This document shows, one piece after another, positions 38,230-49,042 of a stretch of 53,536 nt of DNA. The notes under the pieces were generated by a model that saw only the letters and a program-made list of their open reading frames with translations, searched no databases and was not told where the DNA came from. The DNA lies in the NCBI GenBank assembly GCA_049472355.1, contig JBLIRP010000014.1, positions 1 to 53,536 of the forward strand, read 5' to 3'. A program made the translations under genes and the position numbers. Positions within the stretch are counted from its first letter, which is position 1, and each line of letters starts with the position of its first letter. The DNA comes from a bacterium. Its GTDB lineage: Bacteria; SZUA-182; DTGQ01; JAFGSM01.

Positions 38230-40596
38230 TTATCTTGAAGCGTCTGAGATTGCACTCATCAAGAAACAGCCGATTCCTTCTGTAAAGAGATCACCTCTTT
38301 GAAGGCCAAAACCTCCGGGCGGTGCCGGAGGGGTGTCATTGTAAGGGTCATGCTCATTTCTGGAAAGGGATGAGGATCCTGTATTTTGAGACATCGTACT
38401 CTCTGTTAGAGGAACAGAACCCAGGTATTTTGGATTCATCTCATTTTCCTGGGCCAAATACGGAAAGCGAAGATACACATTTTCACACACCACCCTCACC
38501 CAATAGCCATTGCTCGATCTCAAGTAGGGATCCGAAATCCTTTCGTATCGTTGATTTATGTAGGTGCTGTTCGGATCGGGATCATAGTAAGCATATGTTC
38601 CGTTTTGCCATTTCCATAGCAACAACTCATAGATATAACGGCCTCTATTTTCAATGGCGAGTTCAATGATGGGGGTGGGGCCATAAACAAGGCTGCCGTT
38701 TTGATCGTATTCCAGAATCTCTAAATTATCCCAGCGATAAAGGGCTCTATTTGGACAGGCGATCATATTCCAGCCGTCTCCGGTATTTGAATCATAAAGC
38801 AGCTCCACATCAAAATCATCCTCCAAGCTCACCGGCTCACCATTAAAGGCAATATTGAGCCCACTTCTTGCAAAACACCAGTATGCCCTTCCAGGCTCCA
38901 CAATCAATTCTCCGCCGTATTCTATATATGCACTGCGCATAGGATCATATGTGCCTATCTTGAAGAGTTTTTTATAGCTATACATTTTACTTACGATATT
39001 TCCAAACACACTTATCGCACTGGGATCATAAGGCCACAATACGAACGATATCATTCTCATGATGCCAGGTTCAACCAATAAAACCATCTCCTCAAAATCA
39101 TCATCCCTATTGACTACGGATACGTCATGAGGATCGAGACCGAAATAGCGGGGGTCGTTTGTTGAGGAAGAAGGCCCGAGAAAAATTGTAAAATCCTGAT
39201 TGCCGTCTTGTATAACATCGTCAATGCCGGTAACGATCGCGAATTGATCGATATACCAATTGTTTGCGTCAAATATAAGTGATTGGGGGGCAACCGCGCC
39301 CTCCATCGGATCAGAGGTGGATAGGTCGATTTCCACATAACCAACAGGCTGGCTGGTCAATCGTACACTGAAGACAGCCGTGCCTCCGGCCTCCGTCGTG
39401 AAGAGCCCGCTCTCGGGCGCGATATGGAATCCCGCCTCGTCATCATCCCTGTTGGTCAGCCATTTGATCAACCATATTTCGTTGGGATCGAGAATACCAT
39501 AACCTTGGTCATAACTGTTGTAAATACTAAGGGTTATAGCATAGTCTTGATCCCCGTCTGCGATATCATCATTCATCCCAGTAACTCGCACGAGATGCTC
39601 AACATTCCAATAGTCTTCATCGAATTGGATAAATTGGGCATCGACCACACCTTCAGTTGAATCGGAGCTATAGATTCCGATTTCAACAGTTCCCACAGGC
39701 TGGCTGGTCAGCCTGATGGTAAAGGCGGCGGTTCCCCCGTTTTCGGTGGTCAATAGACCGCCCGGCGGGGCTACCATGAATCCGGGGTCATTATCATAGT
39801 TCGTTGCGGTTACATTGTCGGGATCAAGATCAAAAAGGGGATCGTCGGTAGAGAGCAATGCTAAAACAATCGAATAATCCTGCTCACCATCGGCAATCTC
39901 GTCATTTATCCCTATAACCGTAACATATTGATCAATATTCCAATCAGCGGCAGTGAAGGTAATCACATTGGGGTCGACCGATCCCTCAGTCTCATCGGTG
40001 CTATAGATCTCTATTTCAACATAGGCACCATACTCACCATACCCAGTATGCTCACCATACCAATCATATCCATAATACCCGAAAGAAAACGCAGGACTTC
40101 TCGTCAACCTAACTGTGAGTATCGCCTTGTCACCATCCTCGTTCGTAATGAGGCCTCCGGTGGGTCTAATAATTAACCCGGCATCGTTATCAATATTGGT
40201 GACCGGAACCTCATAGGTAAGCGAATGGTAATTAGGATCCGACGAAATGGTTTGAAGATTAATATTAAAAGACTGATCACCATCCTCAATATCATCATCC
40301 ACGCCGATGACCGTGACGGTTTGATCCGTATCCCAATTACTTGTTGTAAACATTAAACTATAAGGTGAAGGATACCCTTCATTCGCATTTGAGCTATACA
40401 ATACGACCGTTACCGAACAATCAAAGGGACATTCAGGCTCACTGGTAAGGCTTACATCAAATGTTGCGATGTCCCCCTTTTCTGAGGTGTATAAGTCCAT
40501 CATCGGAGTGATGTTTAATCCTCCCGCATAGAGATTTCCCCAGAGACTTCCTCCCATAATCAATACAATGGACGCTATGACGATCACCTTTTTCAT
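38230..40596 (-). CDS. Secreted acidic protein with four Calx-beta-like repeats and C-terminal GCF motif
   Basis: Signal peptide; repeats T.E.G..A.F.V.LTS.P..NW...Q.VTV.G.DD.I.DGDQ; ends GIGCFLMSAISDASR. Confidence 0.75.
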   Translation of the reverse strand: MKKVIVIASIVLIMGGSLWGNLYAGGLNITPMMDLYTSEKGDIATFDVSLTSEPECPFDCSVTVVLYSSNANEGYPSPYSLMFTTSNWDTDQTVTVIGVDDDIEDGDQSFNINLQTISSDPNYHSLTYEVPVTNIDNDAGLIIRPTGGLITNEDGDKAILTVRLTRSPAFSFGYYGYDWYGEHTGYGEYGAYVEIEIYSTDETEGSVDPNVITFTAADWNIDQYVTVIGINDEIADGEQDYSIVLALLSTDDPLFDLDPDNVTATNYDNDPGFMVAPPGGLLTTENGGTAAFTIRLTSQPVGTVEIGIYSSDSTEGVVDAQFIQFDEDYWNVEHLVRVTGMNDDIADGDQDYAITLSIYNSYDQGYGILDPNEIWLIKWLTNRDDDEAGFHIAPESGLFTTEAGGTAVFSVRLTSQPVGYVEIDLSTSDPMEGAVAPQSLIFDANNWYIDQFAIVTGIDDVIQDGNQDFTIFLGPSSSTNDPRYFGLDPHDVSVVNRDDDFEEMVLLVEPGIMRMISFVLWPYDPSAISVFGNIVSKMYSYKKLFKIGTYDPMRSAYIEYGGELIVEPGRAYWCFARSGLNIAFNGEPVSLEDDFDVELLYDSNTGDGWNMIACPNRALYRWDNLEILEYDQNGSLVYGPTPIIELAIENRGRYIYELLLWKWQNGTYAYYDPDPNSTYINQRYERISDPYLRSSNGYWVRVVCENVYLRFPYLAQENEMNPKYLGSVPLTESTMSQNTGSSSLSRNEHDPYNDTPPAPPGGFGLQRGDLFTEGIGCFLMSAISDASR

Positions 40597-40622
40597 TATC
40601 CTAACAATCTGGTTTTTATCTA

Positions 40623-41594
40623 TTAATCAAATTGTCCTATCGAAGGCGGTTGAGGGAAGTTGGGAACATTTCCCCTTATCTTATCCTCACATATTTCATT
40701 AAAAATCCTATCCTTCAATTCTGATGGTTCCTCTATGAGCCCACTAGATTCATGGAACTCAAATTCTCCCGGTTCCTTTCTCATTTCAGGCAATAAAAGT
40801 GCCCCTTCTGATACAACGATACCTTCATATTGTTTGGTATCCTTTCGCACCCTTCTCCTCACACTTAATTCTTCAGCAAATTCAAACTCCTTCAGCATCT
40901 GTTCTATTTCTTCCTGAGATACCGTTTCGGCTTCAGCAGGAAGCCTCCCGTGCTCAATCATGGTCCGCTCAAAGTCAGAAAGCAACGCTGGCTCCATTTC
41001 AAGGTCCGCCAGGCCTATTATCTTCAACAAGGTATCTTCGAGGGCCGTTACCCTGGTGAATGCATCATCTACCTCAACAACAAAATCAGAACCAATCCCG
41101 ACAACAATGGCGGTGCTGGTTTTCACAATAACATCTGAAAATGCAAAATCTTCGAGCTTGCAGACCATAAAGCGAGCCTTCCCCGAACGCATGTTGATGA
41201 AAAGAGAGCGTGTTTCAGCCGCACGATCAAGGATATTTCGCGTTATCTCTAATTCGGTCATGGATGCCAGTGTCACCAGGCTCCCATCGATGAAGCTAAA
41301 TCTCATTCGACCGTTTTCTTGTGTGGAAATGATATCACTGTTAAAGAGTGAAAGATCCCTCCTGGCCCAGCAGCTATGTGCTATTTTGGGGCGAATTATC
41401 ACGACCTTCCCACACACTATGCAGACCTCTCCACATGAAATCCCGTAGCTCGGTGTGCATATTTCTTCAATCTGAAGATACCAACCAGGAGTGGTTTCGG
41501 AAGATACGTTACCCTTCATGACGAGAGTACCTATCAATAGAGCAATATACATCGCATTCAATGCGACAAGGAATTCCTTCTTACCTATTCTCAT
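40623..41594 (-). CDS. FecR-domain protein
   Basis: N-terminal TM/signal; DIISTQENGRMRFSFIDGSLVTL..GKARF..VKTSTAIVVGIGSDFVVEV. Confidence 0.8.
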   Translation of the reverse strand: MRIGKKEFLVALNAMYIALLIGTLVMKGNVSSETTPGWYLQIEEICTPSYGISCGEVCIVCGKVVIIRPKIAHSCWARRDLSLFNSDIISTQENGRMRFSFIDGSLVTLASMTELEITRNILDRAAETRSLFINMRSGKARFMVCKLEDFAFSDVIVKTSTAIVVGIGSDFVVEVDDAFTRVTALEDTLLKIIGLADLEMEPALLSDFERTMIEHGRLPAEAETVSQEEIEQMLKEFEFAEELSVRRRVRKDTKQYEGIVVSEGALLLPEMRKEPGEFEFHESSGLIEEPSELKDRIFNEICEDKIRGNVPNFPQPPSIGQFD

Positions 41595-41664
41595 GATTGG
41601 TTTTCCTTTTTATTTCAGCCATCGGTTTGATCAGTGACAGACCGTTTGCCCATCAAGAAGGGGT

Positions 41665-43209
41665 TTAATACCGCGCAGTCAGCGAGAGACCTGTGACATT
41701 CCTTGTATATTCATACTCGTTTATAGTGGAATCATTTTGGGTGTAACTAAATTCAGCAGTGATTTCGGTCCATGGCGAGAAAATTTTACGAGAAAGTGAC
41801 ACTGCGCAGTAGTATTTGGCATCCTCCCGTATGATCCCAAAATAGGAATCAATATGCTTATATTTCTTATCGTGGTATCTTCCCTCCAAACCAAACCTCA
41901 GCTCCCATGGGATCTTTAGGGAAATGTTCAATTTTGTTTTTATACGGTCGTAATCATAATCAGGATGGGTTGCAGCATCATCCCCATAACCAAGTCCACC
42001 CCCCCAATATCCCCTGTCATTATTAATAAGATAATACGTCTCTAACAGGATCTCATTGCTGTGTCCGTCCCTCCCATTATCTTGAAAGTAATTATTTTTT
42101 TTGTAATTATATGTAAATCGTGTCATAACCCTTTCATTGATTCTCTTTACAATCATGGACTCCACCCCATGACACATCAGATAGCTGTCAGAGTCCAACC
42201 AATAATAAGAGGGAAGATAGCTCAATTTTATTGTGTATGAATGTAACCGATGGGTAGAGTAGAGATTTCCAATGCTTCCTGTTAAATCATACTCTTCGGC
42301 ATTATTGTCTACTGTTTGATAGTGATTGTATCCAATCCCTGCCTTGAGATCTTGTTTTTGAAACAGATCGAATGTACTTGAAAAATACAAATAGCTGTCC
42401 TCTTCTCTATGAATATCAAGATCATCTGCCTCATATCGAATATGGTCATCAGCCTGATAACTTATCTTTAAATAAATGCTGTAAGGCCTAAGAGCCCTAT
42501 CTTGCCCTTTGATTCCATTAATCCATCCTATGGCATTTTCTTTGAGCACACCCTGTTCGGCATGGTTCCTTACATATTCAAGCTTCTCAAGGGCCTCTGT
42601 GGTTTTGCCAATTTTGAGAAAACAAATTCCTATGTGATAATAGCTATTTGCTTTAATGCTTGGATTTTCTTGGGCCGCATGGAGGAGATATGTGGCTGCC
42701 TCTTTGTAGCGTTTTTGTTTATATAAACTCATCCCTACATAGTAGGCAGCAAGTGTATTTGATGGATCTTCATTGATAATATCCGTAAAAAGATCGGCAG
42801 CCTTTACATAACGAGCCAGCTTGAAATACACTAATGCAAAATCATATCCTAAGCCAGATATTTTCGGATTCATCATCCATGCCTGTGCCAAAAAAATTTC
42901 TGCTTCCTTGTATCGCCCCATTTCTGAATATGTCTTTCCTAAATAATGATAATAAAAAGGATTCTGTGGATCTAACGCTATTGCTTTTTTTAAATTGCCT
43001 TCAGCTTCTTCATAGCGGCCATCCTCATAGGCAAAGACACCAAGACTATAAAATGAACGCCCCCTGCCTTCAGACCGAGCAAATTGTGATGATGTGCCTG
43101 TTTTCGAATGTAATGGCCCCTGAGTATTTCTTGTCTTTTCTCCTGCATCGGCAAGGGATACACCCAAGATCAAAAAAGTTATCAATAGCATATCCATAAT
43201 CTTGTGCAT
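41665..43209 (-). CDS. TPR plus outer-membrane beta-barrel protein (Slam/DUF560-like)
   Basis: Signal peptide, about 5 TPRs, amphipathic beta-strand C-half ending NDSTINEYEYTRNVTGLSLTARY. Confidence 0.8.
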   Translation of the reverse strand: MHKIMDMLLITFLILGVSLADAGEKTRNTQGPLHSKTGTSSQFARSEGRGRSFYSLGVFAYEDGRYEEAEGNLKKAIALDPQNPFYYHYLGKTYSEMGRYKEAEIFLAQAWMMNPKISGLGYDFALVYFKLARYVKAADLFTDIINEDPSNTLAAYYVGMSLYKQKRYKEAATYLLHAAQENPSIKANSYYHIGICFLKIGKTTEALEKLEYVRNHAEQGVLKENAIGWINGIKGQDRALRPYSIYLKISYQADDHIRYEADDLDIHREEDSYLYFSSTFDLFQKQDLKAGIGYNHYQTVDNNAEEYDLTGSIGNLYSTHRLHSYTIKLSYLPSYYWLDSDSYLMCHGVESMIVKRINERVMTRFTYNYKKNNYFQDNGRDGHSNEILLETYYLINNDRGYWGGGLGYGDDAATHPDYDYDRIKTKLNISLKIPWELRFGLEGRYHDKKYKHIDSYFGIIREDAKYYCAVSLSRKIFSPWTEITAEFSYTQNDSTINEYEYTRNVTGLSLTARY

Positions 43210-44177
43210 TCTTCAGCACCCGCTGCAATGTCTATTATTTTCTTTTAATAAACAGACAATATTTGATGGTGTAAAAAATCATGTTAGATCAATTAAGAAG
43301 TCATCTTATTTAAAACATCAGCATCTTAGTTCTTATATCTTTGAGATGATTTATAATAATATGACTTTTAATAACCGATGATAGGATAAATAGTTTCACT
43401 ATCTTCTTTATCAAAATAAGATATGATAGTCATTGGAGCGTAGGTCATATGAAAGCACACAGAATTCTAAGGATCGCTTTAGATGGGATTCAGGGATTGC
43501 ACGTATCATGTCAGGGTATTACAGAGACCATGTTAAAGTAGGATCTGTTCTATAAGTTTCCACCATGCCGCAGCACTATAGCAGAAAAACTCTTATCTCA
43601 TGCCTATTTTAGTTTACTTCTCTTATAGTATCGATCATAAGAATTCTAATGTCTTTATTGAAAAGTTCATAGCTTCGCCCCCTCGATTACAAAGATCCTT
43701 TCATGCACATTTTTTATTCATTGTTATTTAATTACAATACAGAGCAAAAGAGATACCAAAACAAAAACTGATTGAATATATTAGCTTAACACAAGGCTCA
43801 GCCCTTGAATGAATCAATGTTGAAATTAATTTAGACGGTTTTTGTTAGAAAAATAATAACAAATTTTTATCATTTCTCATGTTATCAGATAGATATTTCC
43901 CTATATCGTTTTGTTAGATGAATTCTAACGTTTTATTTTGACTAACATCTTATAACTAGAAGGAGAAAATACAGAAAAAATATATTACGATTGATATTTG
44001 TTTGAGGTGTATGATTGGTTAAAATACATGAGGATTTAGTCTGATCGGAGGATCTTGCAGCAGTATGGATGGAAGAACGTATTCCCGTACGCCAAAAGTC
44101 CATGCAAGGGCAAGGAATAAGAGTCAGTTTTCAGAGAGCGTTTCAGAGATGGTGCATAAACAGCCTGGCAGCAGTAT

Positions 44178-44675
44178 TCATTCGGATCGGGACAGCCGGT
44201 CCACCTGCCTGAGGATGGTGGGAATGCGGGAGCCCCCGTGCATTTTCAGGATGCACCGGGCCGCAGTATCCGGATCGATGCCTGCTGCAGTGACATAGAG
44301 GGGGCGCCTGCTCGCGCCCCTGAACACCTCCCGCGCGATCCCTGCGGCCCTGAACCTGCTCTTCGCCACACCGATCACCGGCACCGAACATCCCAGGGCC
44401 TCGAAGAGATGAGCGCCCAGCCCGGGAGCGTCCCATTTATCCAACCACACATACCCGTCGATCACAACACATTCCAGGGGCTCGGTCACCATCCGCAGGA
44501 CGGCAAGGAGACAGGGAAGCTCGCGCAGGTAAAACCTGCCCGGCTCATACTGGCTGACACCACGGACATGTTCGATACGATGCCTTACGCCCGCGGCATC
44601 GAGCCAGTCTCTGAACAGGATGCACGCGGCAACCGCATCGTTGCCCCTGTAGTGGACATCAGTACATGCGATCAT
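44178..44675 (-). CDS. nfi: Endonuclease V family protein
   Basis: IACTDVHY, YEPGRFYLRELP, VVIDGY, PVIGVAK, MHGGSRIP. Confidence 0.85.
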   Translation of the reverse strand: MIACTDVHYRGNDAVAACILFRDWLDAAGVRHRIEHVRGVSQYEPGRFYLRELPCLLAVLRMVTEPLECVVIDGYVWLDKWDAPGLGAHLFEALGCSVPVIGVAKSRFRAAGIAREVFRGASRRPLYVTAAGIDPDTAARCILKMHGGSRIPTILRQVDRLSRSE

Positions 44676-45288
44676 GGTTTCGCTGGTCCTTGGTAATGAT
44701 AAACCTCCCTTCCAGATTAACGATTTACACTCCCCCAAGTTAACAATACACCCCTCCCGGATTTAAGGATATTCACCCCCGAATCACTGGTATAAAACCC
44801 TTCATGGATTAATGATATTGATCACTTTTGGATTCATGATATTCACTCCCCGGAACGCAGACAGGGTATCACAAGAAGGGCCTTATTATTTTAACGAGAA
44901 ATGCTCAAGAGAAGTACACCTCAGGGATTACCCTATATTATCATGTACATCCGATTCCCTGCAACACGTTTCCCCTCTTTATGGCAATTCTAATTTTCAA
45001 CGCTTAGTCAATGATCATGGGCAGGCATAGTTATTACGCTGAATGGTCAGGCTTTTTAAATGCTCTAAGCTCGCTCCGTAAACATGTCTGCTCACGACTA
45101 TGCAGCGTCACAATGAGAATTGCCGCCCACTACACTTTTCCCGGGAACTTTTCTATAATACCCACTTATCAATGGAACGGATTGTGGTTCCACGGGATAT
45201 ATATCCCTCAATCAAGGCAGAACAGCGATCGACAGCACATGTATGATCATCCGGCAATCGACATATGACGTAAGGGGCGCTTTTTTCT

Positions 45289-45963
45289 ATGGCATCCATC
45301 TATAAGGCGGTGTTGTTCGACATGGACGGGGTGCTGGTCGATTCCATGCCCTACCACTACCGTGCCTGGCGGGAGGTGTTTCGATCCCTGGGCATCAGTC
45401 TCGATAAGATGGAGATATACAAGCGGGAAGGCGAACAGGGGATACGGAGCATCGCCGCCATCCTTGCCGAGCACGGAATACAACTCAGCCCTGAGCAGAT
45501 GGATCAACTCCTGCAAAAAAAGGAGGCCATATTCAAGGGAATGGCGGCCCACCGCCTTTTTCCGGGTGTCGAATCCCTGGTCCGCGAACTCAGGGGTGAG
45601 GGGTATCTCATCGGCCTGGTGACCGGCACTTCGAGGGGGGAAATCGATTACGTGCTCCCGGGAAATCTTATCCACTCCTTCGACGTGGTGGTGACCGGTG
45701 ACAGCGTGGAACACGGTAAACCCGCCCCCGATCCCTACCTGAAGGCGATCGAGGGCCTGCATATCGACCCGTCGGATGCGTTAGTCATCGAAAACGCCCC
45801 GTACGGGATACAATCCGCCAAGAAGGCGGGGATATTCTGCATTGCCCTCACTACCTCGCTTCCCCGGAAATACCTCCGGGATGCGGATATGGTGTGCGAC
45901 TCGCTTGAAGAGGTGCGGGGATTACTGCGTGGAAAGGGTCTGGGCCTGAAGGTCGCGGAGTGA
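45289..45963 (+). CDS. HAD-family phosphatase (beta-phosphoglucomutase-like)
   Basis: FDMDGVLVDS, GKPAPDPY, VIENAPYG. Confidence 0.92.
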   Translation: MASIYKAVLFDMDGVLVDSMPYHYRAWREVFRSLGISLDKMEIYKREGEQGIRSIAAILAEHGIQLSPEQMDQLLQKKEAIFKGMAAHRLFPGVESLVRELRGEGYLIGLVTGTSRGEIDYVLPGNLIHSFDVVVTGDSVEHGKPAPDPYLKAIEGLHIDPSDALVIENAPYGIQSAKKAGIFCIALTTSLPRKYLRDADMVCDSLEEVRGLLRGKGLGLKVAE

Positions 45964-46773
45964 CTCGGATGGCCTGTACCCGATCTTCCTTGCCTTCTTC
46001 ATGTTGGTGACGAAGAGGGATTGCTGATCATCCAGGAAATAGCAGGCGGCAAGCTCCGCGTATATTTGCGGGTTGTTCCCATTGAGTTCCCGTGCCCTGT
46101 TCAGGATCTCGATCGCCTTGTCGATACTCCCCACCTGGCGATACCGTACCCCGAGTTCGAGAAGCACATCGGGGGTTGCCTCCTGTGCCTGCAATGTCTT
46201 CTCAAGGCCGGCGATTTCAGACTCGAGTTGCTCCTTGGTTACCTGAGGCGGACCCGGGGCGGAGCCGGGGAGGCAAACGAGTGTTCCCTTCGCCTTCTTC
46301 ATATATTCAGCCCGGATCTGGTTATACAGCATCCCGTTGATAAGCCTGCCCCGTGATTCCGCGAGATTAGCGTAGTACATGGCATCCTCGACATTGCCGA
46401 CCAGGTAGCTGTCCATGGCGAGGTTCTCGAACACCAGAGCGGTGTTCGGATCGATATCGAGCACCTTCTTGTATGCCTCGATGGCATCACTGAACCGCTG
46501 CTGCTGGTCGTATATGATGCCGATGTTGTAATAGGCCTGGGCGAAATCAGGTTTCTCCTCAACGGCCTTCCCAAAGGACTCCAAGGCCTGTGCGTAATCC
46601 CCCCGATCAAAGGATGCAATACCGGACTCGAAATGCCCGATTGCCTGCTCCGAGGCCCGGCCTGCCGCAGGGAAAAATGCAAAGGAGGAGAGTGCGAGTA
46701 TTGCAATGAATCTCTTTGTATCCCTTATGCCCATCATAGGCCCCCTGTGGCGATGTATCAAAGGCATGTGCAT
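45922..46773 (-). CDS. Secreted TPR protein
   Basis: Signal peptide ending AGRA; TPR motifs; start uncertain. Confidence 0.8.
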   Translation of the reverse strand: MHMPLIHRHRGPMMGIRDTKRFIAILALSSFAFFPAAGRASEQAIGHFESGIASFDRGDYAQALESFGKAVEEKPDFAQAYYNIGIIYDQQQRFSDAIEAYKKVLDIDPNTALVFENLAMDSYLVGNVEDAMYYANLAESRGRLINGMLYNQIRAEYMKKAKGTLVCLPGSAPGPPQVTKEQLESEIAGLEKTLQAQEATPDVLLELGVRYRQVGSIDKAIEILNRARELNGNNPQIYAELAACYFLDDQQSLFVTNMKKARKIGYRPSESLRDLQAQTLSTQ

Positions 46774-47006
46774 AACCCTCTGAGTTAGAATGAGTATATC
46801 CCAATGACATCAATGATGTCAATACACGGAAGCGCTGCACGGAAGCGCTGCCTTCAATGCTGATTTTGACCCTTTAGACCTCGGGCATGGGCAGCCATGT
46901 CTGACCATGATGATGCAATGTCAAACACACAATTGCAGACACGCAAGTAAAGCAATTGCGTACTCCCATAGTGTCTGCTATAGTATGTCCGGAATATGGA
47001 GGGCCT

Positions 47007-48428
47007 ATGGGAAAGATCTCCCTGGTACTGTCCGGGATCTTCTGCATACTCATTCCCCTTGCCGTTTTTCCACCGCACAGCGCAGCGACCAAAGGAGAGG
47101 TCAGAAAGGGGAATATCGTCTATCTCGTCGAGGTGAAGGGAGAAGTAGATCTGGGTCTTGCCCCCTTCATTCGGAGGGTGATGGAAGAGGCGGATGAGGA
47201 GGGTGTTGCCGCAGTGATCCTGGAGGTGAACACCTTCGGCGGGAGACTGGACGCCGCGGTGCAGATCAGGGATGCCCTGCTCAACGCGAGGTCACTTACC
47301 ATCGCCTTCGTGAACGAACGGGCAATCTCGGCTGGTGCGCTGATCTCCCTTTCCTGCACGAGGCTCGTCATGGCGCAGGGGGCCACAATCGGCGCTGCAA
47401 CGCCGGTGACCATAGGGCCTCTAGACCGGGAGGCCAAGCCCGCGAGTGAAAAGGTAATCTCCTATTTCAGGAAGGAGATGAAGGCAACCGCAGAGAAGAC
47501 GGGGAGACCATTGCTCATAGCTGAGGCCATGGTGGACCCGGACGTGGTCATCGAGGGACTGAGCGACAAGGGAAAGCTGCTCACCCTCACCACATCCGAG
47601 GCAGTGCAGCACAAGGTGGCGGATTACGAGACATCAGGCCGCATCCAAGGGGTTGCCGCATTATTTCACCTCCAGGATGCCGCCATGGTGAAAAAGACAC
47701 CCAACTGGGCGGAACGTTTCCTTCGTGTCACCAGCAACAGCCTCATAAGCTCGCTCCTTCTCACCATCGGCTTCCTCGGCCTGCTCATAGAGTTCAGGAC
47801 CCCCACATGGGGAATCGCCGGGACCATCGGGGTGATCTGCCTGATCCTCTTCTTCTGGGGGCACTGGACCCTGCGGTTGGTGGGATGGGAGGAGATCCTG
47901 CTGCTCGGGATCGGAATATTCCTGCTCATTCTTGAGGCATATATACCCGGATTCGGCCTTCCGGGGATCCTCGGCATCATCATTATTGCATTTGCATTCA
48001 CCCTGAGCCTTGTCGGCAGGTATCCCACGGCGAGTGAGATCCTGGGCGCCGTCTCCCATATCGCCCTGGTAATGTGCGCAATCCTTGCCATATTCCTTTT
48101 TTCCATGAAATCCCTTGCAAAGACAAGGGTTGCACAGCGTCTCGTGCTCCAGAGCAGGGGCGAAGAGCTGCCCTCCCTGAGACCAGAACAGGGCACAACC
48201 GCCCAGTCAGACCGGAATGCGCATCGAAGGGGCGAGGAAGGTCTCCTCGGCCGGGAGGGGGTTGCATTCACCAACCTCAGACCTGCGGGGAAAGGTATCT
48301 TCGGAGAGGAGCGTATGAATGTGGTCACCGAGGGGGACTTCATCGAATCAGGATCACCCATCAGGGTGATACGGGTGAAAGGGGCAACCATAGTCGTTCA
48401 ACGGGTCAAAGGGAAGGGAAGGGAATGA
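47007..48428 (+). CDS. nfeD: Long NfeD (ClpP-like serine protease domain, TM region, OB fold)
   Basis: NTFGG..AISAGALISL..GATIGAATPV..KGKLLTLT; LRPAGKG; ATG at 47007 after GGAGG. Confidence 0.92.
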   Translation: MGKISLVLSGIFCILIPLAVFPPHSAATKGEVRKGNIVYLVEVKGEVDLGLAPFIRRVMEEADEEGVAAVILEVNTFGGRLDAAVQIRDALLNARSLTIAFVNERAISAGALISLSCTRLVMAQGATIGAATPVTIGPLDREAKPASEKVISYFRKEMKATAEKTGRPLLIAEAMVDPDVVIEGLSDKGKLLTLTTSEAVQHKVADYETSGRIQGVAALFHLQDAAMVKKTPNWAERFLRVTSNSLISSLLLTIGFLGLLIEFRTPTWGIAGTIGVICLILFFWGHWTLRLVGWEEILLLGIGIFLLILEAYIPGFGLPGILGIIIIAFAFTLSLVGRYPTASEILGAVSHIALVMCAILAIFLFSMKSLAKTRVAQRLVLQSRGEELPSLRPEQGTTAQSDRNAHRRGEEGLLGREGVAFTNLRPAGKGIFGEERMNVVTEGDFIESGSPIRVIRVKGATIVVQRVKGKGRE

Positions 48429-48937
48429 TAGACTGGCCGATTCTCATCGCCATCATCATGTTTTTGGGGCTCATACTGCTGCTCCTGGAGATATTCGTTG
48501 TCCCCGGGTTCGGTCCGGTGGGTGTCATGGCCATCATATTCCTCGCATTGGGAACCTATCTGTCATGGACCAGATTGAACGCCGCATGGGGGATGGGGGC
48601 CTCATTGGCGAGCATCCTGCTCCTCGTCATTTCCCTCGTCATCCTGAAAAAGAGCGGGGCCAGCGACAAATTGGTGCTGAAATGGAGCATCGGTGAAAAA
48701 GCGGCGCAGGATCATGCTGAGCCACACGGGAAGGCAGGCAACAGGGAGCCTCCCGACTACCTTATAGCAGTGGGGGAGACAGGTATGACCCTCTCGGACC
48801 TGCGACCCTCCGGCATCGGGGAATTCAACGACTGTCGTCTGAACATCATTGCCGATGGCATCTACATCAAACGGAACACCCCGATCAGGATCGTCCGGAT
48901 CGAAGGAAACAGGATCTTTGTAGAGGAGGAGACCTGA
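48425..48937 (+). CDS. Short NfeD family protein
   Basis: ATGA overlap with upstream gene; LEIFVVPGFG; LSDLRPSG. Confidence 0.88.
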   Translation: MIDWPILIAIIMFLGLILLLLEIFVVPGFGPVGVMAIIFLALGTYLSWTRLNAAWGMGASLASILLLVISLVILKKSGASDKLVLKWSIGEKAAQDHAEPHGKAGNREPPDYLIAVGETGMTLSDLRPSGIGEFNDCRLNIIADGIYIKRNTPIRIVRIEGNRIFVEEET

Positions 48938-49042
48938 AGGGGGATGGGCGATTTAAATGAAATTTGGATAGATGATTTGGGGGCTCTGTTTTTTTGTGCG
49001 AGCCGGTGTTATTGAAATGAAATTTGGGTACGAGGAAACCAT

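Noticed and set aside
44720..44856. Short imperfect repeats resembling GATATTCACYCCC
   Set aside because: Too short and degenerate to distinguish from chance.
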